The notes under the pieces: model-generated | What the model was told of the DNA's origin: nothing | Databases searched by the model: none | The model's input: only the letters and a program-made list of their open reading frames with translations | Part shown: positions 31,576 to 32,000 of the stretch, in pieces | Layout: the number at the start of each line of letters is the position of its first letter | Position numbering within the stretch: position 1 is the stretch's first letter | Assembly: GCA_965261025.1 (NCBI GenBank) | Contig: OZ253438.1 | Coordinates: 600,001 to 632,000 of the forward strand | Direction of reading: 5' to 3' | DNA length: 32,000 bases | Source of the DNA: Chlamydiales bacterium | Lineage (GTDB): Bacteria > Chlamydiota > Chlamydiia > Chlamydiales > SM23-39 | Program-made: the position numbers and the translations under genes

Positions 31576-32000
31576 TTATCCTAAAGGTAGAGTTAACACA
31601 GGAGGAGGAGCTTTTCTATCTTCCGATTGAAGATTATATAGCTGTAAAAGCAAAAGAAAAGTTTGTTTGGACTGCATATCTGTATCTTTTATGTAGAACC
31701 AGTACCCTTTGTATTTTGTTGCTACATAGGCTCCTTTGGGACGGTAAAAAGAACAGTATATGTGCATCAATTGAGAAGTAATCTGCTTCCAATCAAAAAA
31801 GCTTCCCTTTTCTACAGTTAAAGCCACTATCTCCTTTTCCATATGTTCTTCAGGAATTCGAATTCCTGTAGAGAGATAATACATACAAGATAGAAGAGAC
31901 CTTGGCATAATTCCCACTCTTGCCTTGGTGTTATACCCAAGCTCTACAGTAAGCAATCTATGCCCATTTTCCGTTTTTACTCCAGGGAGAAGTTCTGCTA
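31576..32000 (-). CDS. hypothetical protein, 5'-truncated by the window edge
   Basis: The frame stays open past the tracked TTG at 31956 to nt 32000 (...AELLPGVKTENGHRLLTVELGY...), so the real start lies outside the window. The C-terminal YKGYWFYIKDTDMQSKQTFLLLLQLYNLQ looks conserved, but I cannot name the family. It ends 2 nt before the DUF1761 gene. Confidence 0.5.
   Translation of the reverse strand, partial: AELLPGVKTENGHRLLTVELGYNTKARVGIMPRSLLSCMYYLSTGIRIPEEHMEKEIVALTVEKGSFFDWKQITSQLMHIYCSFYRPKGAYVATKYKGYWFYIKDTDMQSKQTFLLLLQLYNLQSEDRKAPPPVLTLPLG

Noticed and set aside
1-32000. CRISPR arrays, IS elements, transposases, phage or toxin-antitoxin-like small gene pairs, rRNA
   Set aside because: Reading both strands, I saw no regularly spaced direct repeats, no terminal inverted repeats flanking an ORF, no recognisable transposase, integrase or phage motifs, and no rRNA-like sequence.

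Overview
This is a gene-dense, low-GC (about 38-40% by eye) bacterial chromosomal segment. I call 37 protein-coding ORFs (two of them truncated at the window edges) and one tRNA-Leu(UAG). I saw no rRNA, CRISPR array, transposase, integrase or phage genes. The gene content points to an obligate intracellular, Chlamydiae-like organism, probably an environmental or amoeba-associated lineage. Supporting genes are a TLC/NTT nucleotide translocase, a class I FbaB/DhnA aldolase, an F-box-like ORF, and many importers: NSS, APC, MFS sugar porter, OppBCDF and MgtE. Well-supported housekeeping genes are kbl-tdh, glmS, fbaB, rimO, ispH, exbD/tolR-like, a PagL-like lipid A deacylase, a YheT-type alpha/beta hydrolase and a SAM methyltransferase. 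The least explained part is the last 5.5 kb (26472-32000). It holds a translationally coupled tandem pair of membrane-anchored proteins whose motif order resembles a protein-kinase-like fold, with Asp->Asn at the putative catalytic site in one copy. It also holds a divergently transcribed pair sharing an HPL[RK]F module, and a minus-strand operon ending in a divergent UgtP/MGDG-synthase-like glycosyltransferase. Other points worth a second look are a split F-box-like gene (7716-9132), a 90-aa AsnC/RAM-like protein that is 13% tryptophan, a secreted protein with an ungapped internal duplication, and convergent genes that routinely abut or overlap at their 3' ends. All functional calls come from reading the translated ORFs against family motifs remembered from the literature. 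No database search was run.
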